64,000 nucleotides of DNA. Source: Promethearchaeota archaeon. Its GTDB lineage: Archaea; Asgardarchaeota; Lokiarchaeia; Sigyniarchaeales; SOKP01. Below, in pieces: positions 38,006 through 47,476 of this stretch (the stretch's first letter is position 1; every line of letters begins with the position of its first letter). The position numbers were made by a program, and so were the translations under genes. Under the pieces are notes generated by a model that worked only from the letters and a program-made list of their open reading frames with translations, was not told the origin of the DNA and searched no databases. Location of the stretch: assembly GCA_004375715.1 (NCBI GenBank), contig SOKP01000182.1, forward strand, positions 3,813-67,812, in the 5' to 3' direction.

Positions 38006-38860
38006 ATGGAAGATAACGAAATAAAAAAAATGGTAAGAGATCAGTACGGTAAAATTGCAAATTATTCGAGTTCAAGTTGTTGCTCTCCTTCTGCAGAACC
38101 CAAAGCAGCATCCTCATGTTGTGGGGACACACAAAGTATTAATGAATTGGGTTACAGCATTGAGGAATTGAAAAATCTCCCGGAAGGAACAAACTTGGGT
38201 CTTGGATGTGGAAACCCCACTGCTTCTGCTGACCTTAAAGAAGGTGAAATAGTGCTTGATCTAGGTTCTGGTGCAGGTATTGATTGTTTTTTAGCAGCTA
38301 ATAAGGTTGGAGAATCAGGAAAAGTCATTGGAGTGGATATGACTTATCAAATGCTCGACAAAGCAAGAGAGAACGCAATAAAAGGGAAATATAAAAATGT
38401 TGAATTCAGACTTGGCGAAATCGAAAATTTACCTGTAGCGGACAATAGTGTGGATGTAATAATCTCTAATTGTGTGATTAATCTATCCACTGATAAAAAA
38501 AAGGTGTATGAAGAAGCCTATCGAGTATTGAAACCTGGTGGAAGGATAGTTGTTTCAGATATTGTTCTTTACGAGGAATTACACGAAAGTATCAAGCAAA
38601 ATAAGAGTGCCTATGCTGGTTGTGTTTCAGGTGCAATGTTAAAAGACGATTATCTAGACCTGATTAAGGATGTTGGTTTCAAGTTAGATAAAATTTCTGA
38701 GCAGACTTCATGTGGAACACCATCCATAGCCTACAAAGCTGAAACTGGAGAAATTGTTGATGCTAGCACAATTCCGAAAGAGAAACTAGAGGAAATGAAT
38801 AAATTCGCTAATTCAATCCCCGCTACGAGCTTAAAAGTAAAAGCAATAAAACCGAACTAA
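38006..38860 (+). CDS. arsM: Arsenite S-adenosylmethionine methyltransferase
   Basis: VRDQYGKIA, N-terminal Cys pairs (SSCCSPS, SSCCGD), LGCGNPTA, SAM motif VLDLGSGAGID, VDVIISNCVINL, VLKPGGR, YAGCVSGA. Aligns by eye along the whole length with bacterial ArsM. Confidence 0.9.
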   Translation: MEDNEIKKMVRDQYGKIANYSSSSCCSPSAEPKAASSCCGDTQSINELGYSIEELKNLPEGTNLGLGCGNPTASADLKEGEIVLDLGSGAGIDCFLAANKVGESGKVIGVDMTYQMLDKARENAIKGKYKNVEFRLGEIENLPVADNSVDVIISNCVINLSTDKKKVYEEAYRVLKPGGRIVVSDIVLYEELHESIKQNKSAYAGCVSGAMLKDDYLDLIKDVGFKLDKISEQTSCGTPSIAYKAETGEIVDASTIPKEKLEEMNKFANSIPATSLKVKAIKPN

Positions 38861-38893
38861 TTTTTTTTTAATTTGATTATTAATTATTATTAA

Positions 38894-40105
38894 CTAATCT
38901 AAATTCGTTTTATTTCTTTGATCTACTACTTTTTTAATCCTTTGCATAGTTTCTTCGAGAATCAATTTTGTACAAGCCACATTAATTCTTTGAAATCCTT
39001 CTCCACCGGATCCAAATAATTTACCTTCATCAAGTGCTACATTTGCTTTGTTTAGAATAAGATTTTTTAAATCTTTGTCATTCAAGCCCAAAAAATTAAA
39101 ATCTAACCAACCAAGATAAGTTCCTTCAGGTTCAATATATTTGATATCAGGAAGGTTGTTTGTAACAAATTCGTCTAATAATCGGAAATTTGAATTTATA
39201 TATTTTAATACTTGTTCCAACCATTCTTCTCCTTCGTTGTATGCGGCAATCATTGCTACGATCCCAAACGAGTTTGGTATGCCTATTCCATTTTTATCTA
39301 CGATGGTATGAATAAATGATTGACGCAGTTTTTCATTAGGTATTATGATATTAGACACCTGTAAACCAGCAAGATTGAATGTCTTACTTGGTGCTGTACA
39401 TACTATAGCTTTTTGTTCAAATTCTTCAGATATAGTTGAGAAAACAGTATGATTATTTCCTGGAAGTATAAGATCATGGTGAATCTCATCAGATATAACC
39501 AATATATCGTGCTCTAAACAAATATCTCCTAATTTTTTTAGTTCTTCTCTGGTCCATACTCTTCCTACGGGATTATGGGGACTACATAAAATAAATATCT
39601 TTGCGAGTGGATCTTTTGCTTTCTCTTCAAAATCCTCGAAGTCAAATGTATATTTTTGATTCTCATAATGCAATTGGTTTAACAAGAGTTTTCTTCCATT
39701 TGCGGTTACGGCACTAAAAAAGGGATAATATACTGGGGGTTGTACGATGATTTTATCTCCTATGTTTGAAAATGTTTGAACCATCATGTTAATCGCGGGA
39801 ACTATTCCCGGGCTATATACAATCCATTTAGGATCAACTTTCCAATGATGTCTTTTGTCCATCCATCCAGTTACCGCATCTAGATATTTAGGAGTACCAT
39901 GCCAATTATACCCGTAAACATATCCTTCTGCTTCTTTTATAATTGCATCAACCACGGGTTTTGGACATTCAAAATCCATGTCTGCTACCCAGAGTGGTAA
40001 TAGATCATCATTATCTTTTTTAAAGACCATTTGAAGTGCTTCTTTACTCCATTTAAGTGAAAATGAATCTCTACGATCAATAAATCTATTAAAATTATAT
40101 TTCAT
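38894..40105 (-). CDS. PLP-dependent C-S lyase / aminotransferase (MalY/PatB family)
   Basis: DRRDSFSLKWS N-terminal signature, LPLWVADMDF, SPHNPVGRVW, APSKTFNLAG (PLP-Lys). Confidence 0.85.
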   Translation of the reverse strand: MKYNFNRFIDRRDSFSLKWSKEALQMVFKKDNDDLLPLWVADMDFECPKPVVDAIIKEAEGYVYGYNWHGTPKYLDAVTGWMDKRHHWKVDPKWIVYSPGIVPAINMMVQTFSNIGDKIIVQPPVYYPFFSAVTANGRKLLLNQLHYENQKYTFDFEDFEEKAKDPLAKIFILCSPHNPVGRVWTREELKKLGDICLEHDILVISDEIHHDLILPGNNHTVFSTISEEFEQKAIVCTAPSKTFNLAGLQVSNIIIPNEKLRQSFIHTIVDKNGIGIPNSFGIVAMIAAYNEGEEWLEQVLKYINSNFRLLDEFVTNNLPDIKYIEPEGTYLGWLDFNFLGLNDKDLKNLILNKANVALDEGKLFGSGGEGFQRINVACTKLILEETMQRIKKVVDQRNKTNLD

Positions 40106-40189
40106 TTTTATCTTAAACTCGGATAGATAATTAATAATATATATTATTCAAAAGTACATAAGAATATAATAGATTCAAGGTGTTAATTA

Positions 40190-41410
40190 TTGAATAAAGT
40201 TGCTATTGTGGGTGTTGGACACACTAAATTTGGAAAGCTTCAAAAGGGTTTATTGGATATTTTGTCAGATGCGTCACTAGAAGCAATAGAAGACTCAAAC
40301 ACTAATGATAAAGATTTTGGTTCGGTATATGTCGGAGCCATGAGTCCTGCTGCTTTTAATAATATATCTGGAATAGCAAGCGCTTTAGTAGATCGCATAA
40401 GTTTATTGCCTGCTGCTGCTGACCATATAAAAAACGGTCCTGCCAGTGGAGGTTCTGCCATAAAAGCGGGGTTTCAAGCAATTGCGTCAGGAATGAGTGA
40501 TTTAGTTTTGGTTGTAGGGGGGGAAAAGATGACTCATATAACAGCTCCCGGATATGTCACCTCAAATGTGGCAACATTAACACACCCGGAAGCTGAAAGA
40601 CGACATGGTGTTTCACTTCCTTCGTTTGCGGGATTACTAACCAGAACATATCTCGAGAAATATGATGCAAAACTAGAATGGATTTCTGATATCGCAATTA
40701 AAAACCATAAGAATGGCGCTTTAAATCCAAATGCTCATTTTCAGAGAACAATTGAAAGTTTTATGGAAAGCGCAATTAATAAAGGAAAAGGAATTTGGGA
40801 GAATATACAGGAATTCCTAAATGACGATAAGGCAAATCCGATAATTGCTGATCCACTGAGACTTTTTCATGTTTGCCCGATTTCAGATGGTGCTGCTGCT
40901 TTAGTCTTATGTAATGCTGAAAAAGCAAAAGACTATTGTGATACGCCTATTTTAATTTCTGGTATTGGACAAGCAACCGATACTCAAATAGTGTTTGAAC
41001 GGGAGGAACTGACAACACTGAAAGCTTTACGGATATGCTCTAATCAAGCATACAAAATGGCTCACAAATTTCCAAAAGATATGGATGTAGCCGAATTACA
41101 CGATGCTTTTGAAATTCTTGAGGCTGTGCAAAGTGAGGATATAGGCTTCTTTGATAAAGGAGAAGGCGCTAAAGCTGCTCATGAAGGTCTAACTGCGATA
41201 GGCGGTAAAATCCCTATTAATCCTTCTGGGGGTTTAAAAGCAAGAGGGCACCCGCTTGGAGCCACTGGAGTAGCCCAAGTTGTAGAATTAGTGTGGCAAT
41301 TAAGGGGAGATGCAGATAAAAGACAAGTTGATGGCGCTGAAACAGGAATCACATGTAATTTTGGTGGATTTGGGAATAATATTATTTCAATATTGGTAGA
41401 GAGAATGTAA
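40190..41410 (+). CDS. Archaeal-type thiolase (SCP-x/acetoacetyl-CoA thiolase-like)
   Basis: VAIVGVGHTKFGK, SGGSAIKAG, NPSGGLKARGHPLGATG, NFGGFG. TTG start with AGGTG upstream. Confidence 0.85.
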   Translation: MNKVAIVGVGHTKFGKLQKGLLDILSDASLEAIEDSNTNDKDFGSVYVGAMSPAAFNNISGIASALVDRISLLPAAADHIKNGPASGGSAIKAGFQAIASGMSDLVLVVGGEKMTHITAPGYVTSNVATLTHPEAERRHGVSLPSFAGLLTRTYLEKYDAKLEWISDIAIKNHKNGALNPNAHFQRTIESFMESAINKGKGIWENIQEFLNDDKANPIIADPLRLFHVCPISDGAAALVLCNAEKAKDYCDTPILISGIGQATDTQIVFEREELTTLKALRICSNQAYKMAHKFPKDMDVAELHDAFEILEAVQSEDIGFFDKGEGAKAAHEGLTAIGGKIPINPSGGLKARGHPLGATGVAQVVELVWQLRGDADKRQVDGAETGITCNFGGFGNNIISILVERM

Positions 41411-41436
41411 TTTTTTGTAAAAATATGAATTAAATA

Positions 41437-43347
41437 TTAATTGGATTCTAACTCTTCTATTTCTGCAATAAAAAGATTAGCAATAGCAAGCCAATTTTTT
41501 TTTGTTTCTAAATCTGATTTACTCTTCTCTGCATATTTAATTCCTGATTCCAACTTTTCGAATGCTAACTTATACTTACCAAGCTCTTTATAACATATCC
41601 CTAATTTTATGTGCGTTTGGAATGTAAACCACTCGTCTGAGCTTATTTCGATAGCTTTGAGGAACTCATTTTTGGCTTTTTCATAATCTTGGAAGGACAT
41701 TAACATTTCACCATAGGTATCGTGATAAATGTTGTTATCAGGGTCTTGTTCAATTAGATTTTGAATTATTTCTACAGCTTCTTCTTTTCGGTTTAAATAT
41801 TGTAACCAATAAGCTTTGTAAGTAAGAAGTTCTGTATCTTCCGAGTATTTTTCGAGCAATTCATTAATAATCTTAAGCCCTTCCTCTACATTCCTCTTCT
41901 CTTTAAGGATATAAGCTGCTTTAATCTTGATGTCCTTCTCTTCATCGGGGAATTTTTCGAGCATTTCATCTAAAAATGTTAATAATTCATCGTATTTGTT
42001 AAAATAAATTAACAAGCGCTCTTTGGCAACATAGCTGTCAAACTGGTCAGGATTTAAGCTAAGGGCTTTATTCACTTCTCTGATATTCTCGTCGTAATTT
42101 GTGAATTCTTGAAGTAAATATTTTTTCGAACTATAGGTTTGGACTTCATGCCATATTAAACCCTTTAACTTGTCATAAGTGTCAATCAATTTTTTCTCTT
42201 TTTCCACTTTGTAGGCCAAGTAAGCAATATAATTTGGTAACAAGTTCTTTAAAGAATATCGCAGCCCTTCATGGAAAAGTGGGCCACAAACTTCGTCTAA
42301 TATCGCATCTATTGTGGATTCTAAAGTTGTTGAGTAGGATTTATCTTTATCTTCTTCGTATAGTTTGTTTAAGTAAGTGAATCTTGTGATATGTTCTTCG
42401 ACTACAGCGTTCAACATCCTTTCAAGCTTCTCATTAGCTTGGAAAAAATATATTTCATCAATATCTCCCTCCAATTTGAAGAATTTAACAGGAAATATCT
42501 TTTTCTCAACAATTTGTAGAACATGAAACTCTAAAACTACCAATTCCAACCCATATTTTTTAGCAAATTTCTCAGTAGAAATAAAGATGGGATATTGTGA
42601 TGGATGATTTATCGATAAATAAAGAAGTATTTTGAAGAAATCATCTTCACTTTTTAAAGATTGCTTGATTCTTTCGTGAGGTAATCTCAAAAGGTTATTG
42701 AGAAATCGAAATCTTGTTTCATCTTCAATTATGCTATACTTTTTGAAGAATTTTAGTGTTTTTTTAGTATTTTCTCTGATTCGATTACTTTCTTCTTCCA
42801 AAATCGATTGACGGTCTAAGTCGTAGTCCCTCAACATTACGGAATATTCTGCTTTACCCAATTGAGTAATCCTATACTCCTTATTTTCTTTTTTGACAAA
42901 TCCGTCTTCAATTAAGGCATTCATATTTTTGGATAAAGAAGAATTATTTATTGAAAGAGGTTCATTTAGTAAATCTGCCCATTTACAGAAAGTATTATTG
43001 TAAACCATCCATAATATCCAATGATCGTAATTTCTTTTCCACAAAATTGCTTTCGGGGGGTAATTTAATTTCCTTTTTTGTTTCGTAGCCTGTGATAGTT
43101 CATAAAATCTGTCTTGTCCTTTTGTTGTTATCGTATATTGATTAAATTCTTTCTTTTCAATTAACTCTGCTAACAAAAGTTTTTTCAGATAAATCGATAA
43201 TGTTGAAGGTTTAATCTTTTCTTTTAAATTAGACCACGTGCATACTTCGTTGTTATTGAGCATCCAGAGTATTACTAATTCAAAGTTAATTTTACCAAAG
43301 ATAGGTTCTATAACTTCTTTAGGTGGGTAATTAATTGGAGAGGACAT
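41437..43347 (-). CDS. Two N-terminal winged-helix domains + central helical region + C-terminal TPR repeats
   Basis: Duplicated wHTH-like segments (FELVILWMLNNNEVCTWSNLKEKI...LIEKK..YTITTKGQDRF; DHWILWMVYNNTFCKWADL...GFVKKENKEYRITQLGKAEY). The C-terminal ~220 aa have 34-aa TPR periodicity. Confidence 0.6.
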   Translation of the reverse strand: MSSPINYPPKEVIEPIFGKINFELVILWMLNNNEVCTWSNLKEKIKPSTLSIYLKKLLLAELIEKKEFNQYTITTKGQDRFYELSQATKQKRKLNYPPKAILWKRNYDHWILWMVYNNTFCKWADLLNEPLSINNSSLSKNMNALIEDGFVKKENKEYRITQLGKAEYSVMLRDYDLDRQSILEEESNRIRENTKKTLKFFKKYSIIEDETRFRFLNNLLRLPHERIKQSLKSEDDFFKILLYLSINHPSQYPIFISTEKFAKKYGLELVVLEFHVLQIVEKKIFPVKFFKLEGDIDEIYFFQANEKLERMLNAVVEEHITRFTYLNKLYEEDKDKSYSTTLESTIDAILDEVCGPLFHEGLRYSLKNLLPNYIAYLAYKVEKEKKLIDTYDKLKGLIWHEVQTYSSKKYLLQEFTNYDENIREVNKALSLNPDQFDSYVAKERLLIYFNKYDELLTFLDEMLEKFPDEEKDIKIKAAYILKEKRNVEEGLKIINELLEKYSEDTELLTYKAYWLQYLNRKEEAVEIIQNLIEQDPDNNIYHDTYGEMLMSFQDYEKAKNEFLKAIEISSDEWFTFQTHIKLGICYKELGKYKLAFEKLESGIKYAEKSKSDLETKKNWLAIANLFIAEIEELESN

Positions 43348-43593
43348 AACCTAAGGCCATCTAGCTAAAATCTTTATAGATCTAATATATAATGGGCATC
43401 GAGTTTATTTATACATTACGGTCTAAAAGAAATATGGAACTCCAATTATAATTATGTAGTATAAACATTTTATAAACTTAACTTTCCACTAGTATAAAAA
43501 ATCGTATAAACCGATTTAATACTAAAGCTTTATATTAAAAAAAAGCCTAGCTTTATATTAAGAAATATTTCATGTGATTCTTAAAAGCTATCA

Positions 43594-44145
43594 ATGAGTG
43601 AAACTAACAAAAAATTTAGATTTAAGATTACTGTTATAGGAGATGGTGCAGTAGGTAAGACATCTCTAATCCAAAAGTTCACTAATGATAATTTTAAAGA
43701 AGAATACATCAAAACAATTGGAGCTCAATTTTCCGTATTTGATAGAAAAATCGATGGAGACAAAATAAAGTTATTATTCTGGGACATCGCAGGACAAGAT
43801 TCATTTAATTTCTTACGACCCTCATTTTTTAACAATAGCGTTGCTGCAATAATTGTGTATACTCTTGAAAAAAATGAACATGGGGAAGAAAGTTTTAATC
43901 ATATTCATAACTGGGCTGCTGATATTGAAAAATACTGCGGAGATATTCCTGTGGTAATTTTTGGTAATAAAGTAGATTTGGTAGACGAGAAAAAGATAGA
44001 TACTTCGGCTATCGAAAAAATTGTTGAAGAAAAGAACTACTTGGGACACTTCATTACTTCAGCAAAATCAGGGCAAGGAGTAATTGATGCATTTAATACA
44101 ATTATTGATGAACTATATGTTAAATATAAAGACATACCTGTTTAA
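43594..44145 (+). CDS. Rab/Ras-like small GTPase
   Basis: G1 GDGAVGKTS, G2 region YIKTIG, G3 WDIAGQD, G4 GNKVDL, G5 TSAKSG. 183 aa, with no C-terminal Cys prenylation motif. Confidence 0.9.
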   Translation: MSETNKKFRFKITVIGDGAVGKTSLIQKFTNDNFKEEYIKTIGAQFSVFDRKIDGDKIKLLFWDIAGQDSFNFLRPSFFNNSVAAIIVYTLEKNEHGEESFNHIHNWAADIEKYCGDIPVVIFGNKVDLVDEKKIDTSAIEKIVEEKNYLGHFITSAKSGQGVIDAFNTIIDELYVKYKDIPV

Positions 44146-44165
44146 AAGAACTTTATAAGCCTCAT

Positions 44166-45257
44166 TCATTGTTTAGTTTTTTCCAAATAATCAGGTACGA
44201 AATCAAAAAATTCCTCTACTAACGCTTTCGCCTTTTTAAACCTACTAACTTCATACAATCCACCAAAATGAGACTTGAATTCATCAATAAACTGAGAATT
44301 GAACTTCTTAAGTCCATAGCGCAAAGATTTAGATGATTTTGTAGTAACTAAAACAGAAGCAACTGGGTAGTCCTTATTGTGTTGAATTAAAAGAACTGCC
44401 CGATCCATCTTGATTTCCCGTATTTCTCCTTTCTTTAATAATTCATCTAAAATACTACCCACTGCTTGGAGTACCATAGTAAAGACATTCTCGTCTACAG
44501 CTCTCAATTTTGCCCAATCGTGTTTAAATAATCCAATGCCGGCATTCGTCTCAACAACCAAAAGTCTATAAGCTTTAAAGGGGAGAATATAAATGACTTT
44601 AGGTTCTTTCCATATTACTATTATCGTAAATAACGCTCCTAAACTATGAGTTATAAATCCTAACGAATTGAATATTTTAATAAAAGTTCCTAAAAAGTAC
44701 AGTGTTGCCGTTACAAATGAAAATAGGATACTACCAAACAATAAAAAGCTTACAAGCTGCTTTAATTCACTCGGAGCTCTTTTCCAAGTGAGGTAACTCC
44801 AACTAAAATAGGTCATTACGTAGTAAAAGAGGAAAATAATTTGAAATGTTCGAAGAGTGCCAACAATATGGACGCCATAACCAGGTATAATTTGCATCCC
44901 TCCAGGCATAAAAGTTAAGTATAACAAAGTAATCTCAATTAGAAATAAAATCGTGATCTTAATTGAACTCACGCGTTCTTTTTTAATGAGGTCAATAAAT
45001 ATAAAAAGACAGGGAACACCAATTATTTGTGGTATTATCGCAAGGACCATTAATAGTGGTGAATAATAAAGATGCGAAGCGGCATCTAAAGCCCAAAAAA
45101 AAGATTGCAATAACCAATTTGCTGAAAATAAATACACTAGTCGATTTTTTCTTTTTTTCGCGTAAGAAAATGAAAGCAAAAATCCAATAATGTTTAACAC
45201 GCCTGCTGCTGATGCGGATGATACTAATAAAATATTATCAAAACTAATCATTTTCAC
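44166..45257 (-). CDS. Seven-TM membrane protein with C-terminal longin-like cytoplasmic domain (paralogue 1)
   Basis: Seven hydrophobic segments in aa 1-215. Then LLVVETNAGIGLFKHDW...VFTMVLQAVGSILDELL...IREIKMDRAVLLIQHNKDYPVASVLVTTKSSKSLRYGLKKFNSQFIDEF (beta-beta-alpha-beta-beta-beta-alpha). Confidence 0.6.
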   Translation of the reverse strand: MKMISFDNILLVSSASAAGVLNIIGFLLSFSYAKKRKNRLVYLFSANWLLQSFFWALDAASHLYYSPLLMVLAIIPQIIGVPCLFIFIDLIKKERVSSIKITILFLIEITLLYLTFMPGGMQIIPGYGVHIVGTLRTFQIIFLFYYVMTYFSWSYLTWKRAPSELKQLVSFLLFGSILFSFVTATLYFLGTFIKIFNSLGFITHSLGALFTIIVIWKEPKVIYILPFKAYRLLVVETNAGIGLFKHDWAKLRAVDENVFTMVLQAVGSILDELLKKGEIREIKMDRAVLLIQHNKDYPVASVLVTTKSSKSLRYGLKKFNSQFIDEFKSHFGGLYEVSRFKKAKALVEEFFDFVPDYLEKTKQ

Positions 45258-45279
45258 CTCTTTTCAAATATGATTTTAA

Positions 45280-46362
45280 TTATATTATCTCACTTTTATA
45301 GCTCGGGACAAAATCGAATACCTGTTCAACTACTTTTAAACCCTCGTTGAAATCACTAACTTTTCGTGAGCTTTCTAAAGTTCTTTGAAACCGTCTAACA
45401 AATTCTTCGTTGAATCTTTTTAATCCATATCTCAGTGATTTCGAAGATTTTGAGGCTATTAAAACCGATGCAATTGAGTTCTCTTTATTATGGTTAATAA
45501 GAAGGACTGCTCGATCCATTTGGATTTCTTGGACAACACCTTTTTTTAAAATATCATCTAAAACACTCCCAATAGCTTGGATCATCATAGTAAAGATATT
45601 TTCCTCAACTTCTCCTGCTTTCGCCCAATCGTATTTAAATAAAGCCACGCTTGCTATAGTGTCTACTACTAAAATTCGGTAAGCCTTAAAAGGTAAGATA
45701 TATATAATTCTTGGATCTTTTAAAATAACTAAAATAGTGATAAACGCGCCAATCCCATTTATAAAGAACCCTATGGCGTTAAAGGTTTTTATAAATGACC
45801 CAATTGCATACATTACCCCTGTTACAATTGAAAAAATAGTGCTCCCAAATAATAAATAACTTGTTAAGCGTTTTAAATCCGAAGGAGCCTTACGCCAAGT
45901 ATGGAAACTCCATAAAAAATAAAAAATCATGAAATAAAAGATGTAGATAATCTGCGCTATCCGAAGTACGCCTTTGTTATGAATTCCATATCCAGGAATA
46001 ATCTCCCAATTATCAGGTACATAAAAAGTGATAATAAAAACTAAAGCTTCTATAATCATAAGTATCGAAATTTTGATTGGACTCACATGCTCTTTTCTGC
46101 TAAGTTCTATAAAAATTATAATACAGGGAATTCCTATCAGTTGTGGAACAATCGCTAAGGCCATTAGTGGTATTGAGTAAAAATAATGAGCCGCTGCATC
46201 TATAAACCAAAAAAGAGCATAGCTTAACCACATTGCAGAAAACAAGAAAATAAGCCGATTTTTTCTTCGGAACGCATAAATAAATGTAATTGTACCACCA
46301 ATTGCTACTAATGTCCCCGTTATAGAGGTAGATAACACGAGCAGTAAATTTTCGATACTCAT
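45280..46362 (-). CDS. Seven-TM membrane protein with C-terminal longin-like cytoplasmic domain (paralogue 2)
   Basis: Collinear with 44166-45257 over its full length, with the same 7 TM segments and cytoplasmic domain (ILVVDTIASVALFKYDW...IFTMMIQAIGSVLDDIL...VQEIQMDRAVLLINHNKENSIASVLIASKSSKSLRYGLKRFNEEF). Confidence 0.6.
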   Translation of the reverse strand: MSIENLLLVLSTSITGTLVAIGGTITFIYAFRRKNRLIFLFSAMWLSYALFWFIDAAAHYFYSIPLMALAIVPQLIGIPCIIIFIELSRKEHVSPIKISILMIIEALVFIITFYVPDNWEIIPGYGIHNKGVLRIAQIIYIFYFMIFYFLWSFHTWRKAPSDLKRLTSYLLFGSTIFSIVTGVMYAIGSFIKTFNAIGFFINGIGAFITILVILKDPRIIYILPFKAYRILVVDTIASVALFKYDWAKAGEVEENIFTMMIQAIGSVLDDILKKGVVQEIQMDRAVLLINHNKENSIASVLIASKSSKSLRYGLKRFNEEFVRRFQRTLESSRKVSDFNEGLKVVEQVFDFVPSYKSEII

Positions 46363-47083
46363 GATACTTTTTTTTTTATATTTTTTGGCTCATTACTAAT
46401 CTTTGTTTGTAAGGAAAAACCTTACGAGGATTTCATATATAACTAATCTCTAATTAAACAAATATTGTTTTATTCCTATTTAAAAGATTATTCATTATTG
46501 TAAATTTTTCTTTAAAAATGTCGTAAATCATTAAAAAATTTCAATGTTGATATTCAAAAAAAGAGATATAACGTATGTTTTGGGTTATTTTTTATTTAAC
46601 TAAAAGAACCGCTCTATTCTATTATTATTAACCAGTCCAGCTCTAATCCAAGACTCCGATTGAAGTGCATTTTTATAAACTAAATATGGACTGCAATTGA
46701 CATCATATTAACGAATATGGAAAAAATAAGTGAGTAAATTATGAAGGCTCTAAGTGCTGAAAATGAAGTAATCACTATATGGTTACCACTTCTAAGCCCC
46801 TCTAAGGGCAGGGTTAATAAGGGAAAAGGGCGAAGTTAACCCTTTTAATAATATCGCCTTATTTTTTTCTTTTCGTTCAATTAAGTGATAAATGCCTAAG
46901 AATTGTAATTTTTCAAACTTAAATTAGAGTACAACCGTATTCGACTTCTAATTATCAATCGAGGGATAGTCTAAAATGTCTTAAAATCCTCTTTTTTTAG
47001 ACTATTTTTTGATTTCTAAGCTTAATATTTCTAAATAATGCCATATTATATGTCAGTAGGTTTATGAAAATTATAACTTACAG

Positions 47084-47446
47084 ATGAGACTAGTGAATAT
47101 TGAAGAGAATATCTTTTGGCGTAAATGTTTAAATTGTGGTTTGCTCCAACATAACACTCATATAAGGTGTTTAAAATGTAAGAACGATGATTTTGAGACT
47201 ATCGAAGCTTCAGGCACCTGCAAACTGCTCACTTATACCATCTTAAAAGCTCCCCCTGCTGAATTCCGAGATAAGGTGTCTTATGCTCTTGGAGTTGTGG
47301 AATTTGAAAATGGTGTAAAAGGACTCGGTCAAATCACAACGCAAAATAATTTGCAAACAGGAATGACATTAAAACCAATTTATCGAAAAATTTGTGAAAA
47401 CTTAGACGGAAAAGAAGTATATGCTTATGTGTTTGAACCAGTTTAA
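47084..47446 (+). CDS. DUF35 family Zn-ribbon/OB-fold protein (acyl-CoA-associated)
   Basis: Zn ribbon CLNCG...CLKC, then SGTCKLLTYTIL....YALGVVEFENGVKGLGQI......GMTLKPIY OB-fold pattern typical of DUF35. Confidence 0.8.
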   Translation: MRLVNIEENIFWRKCLNCGLLQHNTHIRCLKCKNDDFETIEASGTCKLLTYTILKAPPAEFRDKVSYALGVVEFENGVKGLGQITTQNNLQTGMTLKPIYRKICENLDGKEVYAYVFEPV

Positions 47447-47463
47447 TTAGGTTATTAGTTATT

Positions 47464-47469
47464 AGGAGG
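47464..47469 (+). promoter_or_regulatory. Shine-Dalgarno-like site for the mutase gene
   Basis: AGGAGG ending 7 nt before the ATG at 47477. Confidence 0.5.
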
Positions 47470-47476
47470 AAATAAG

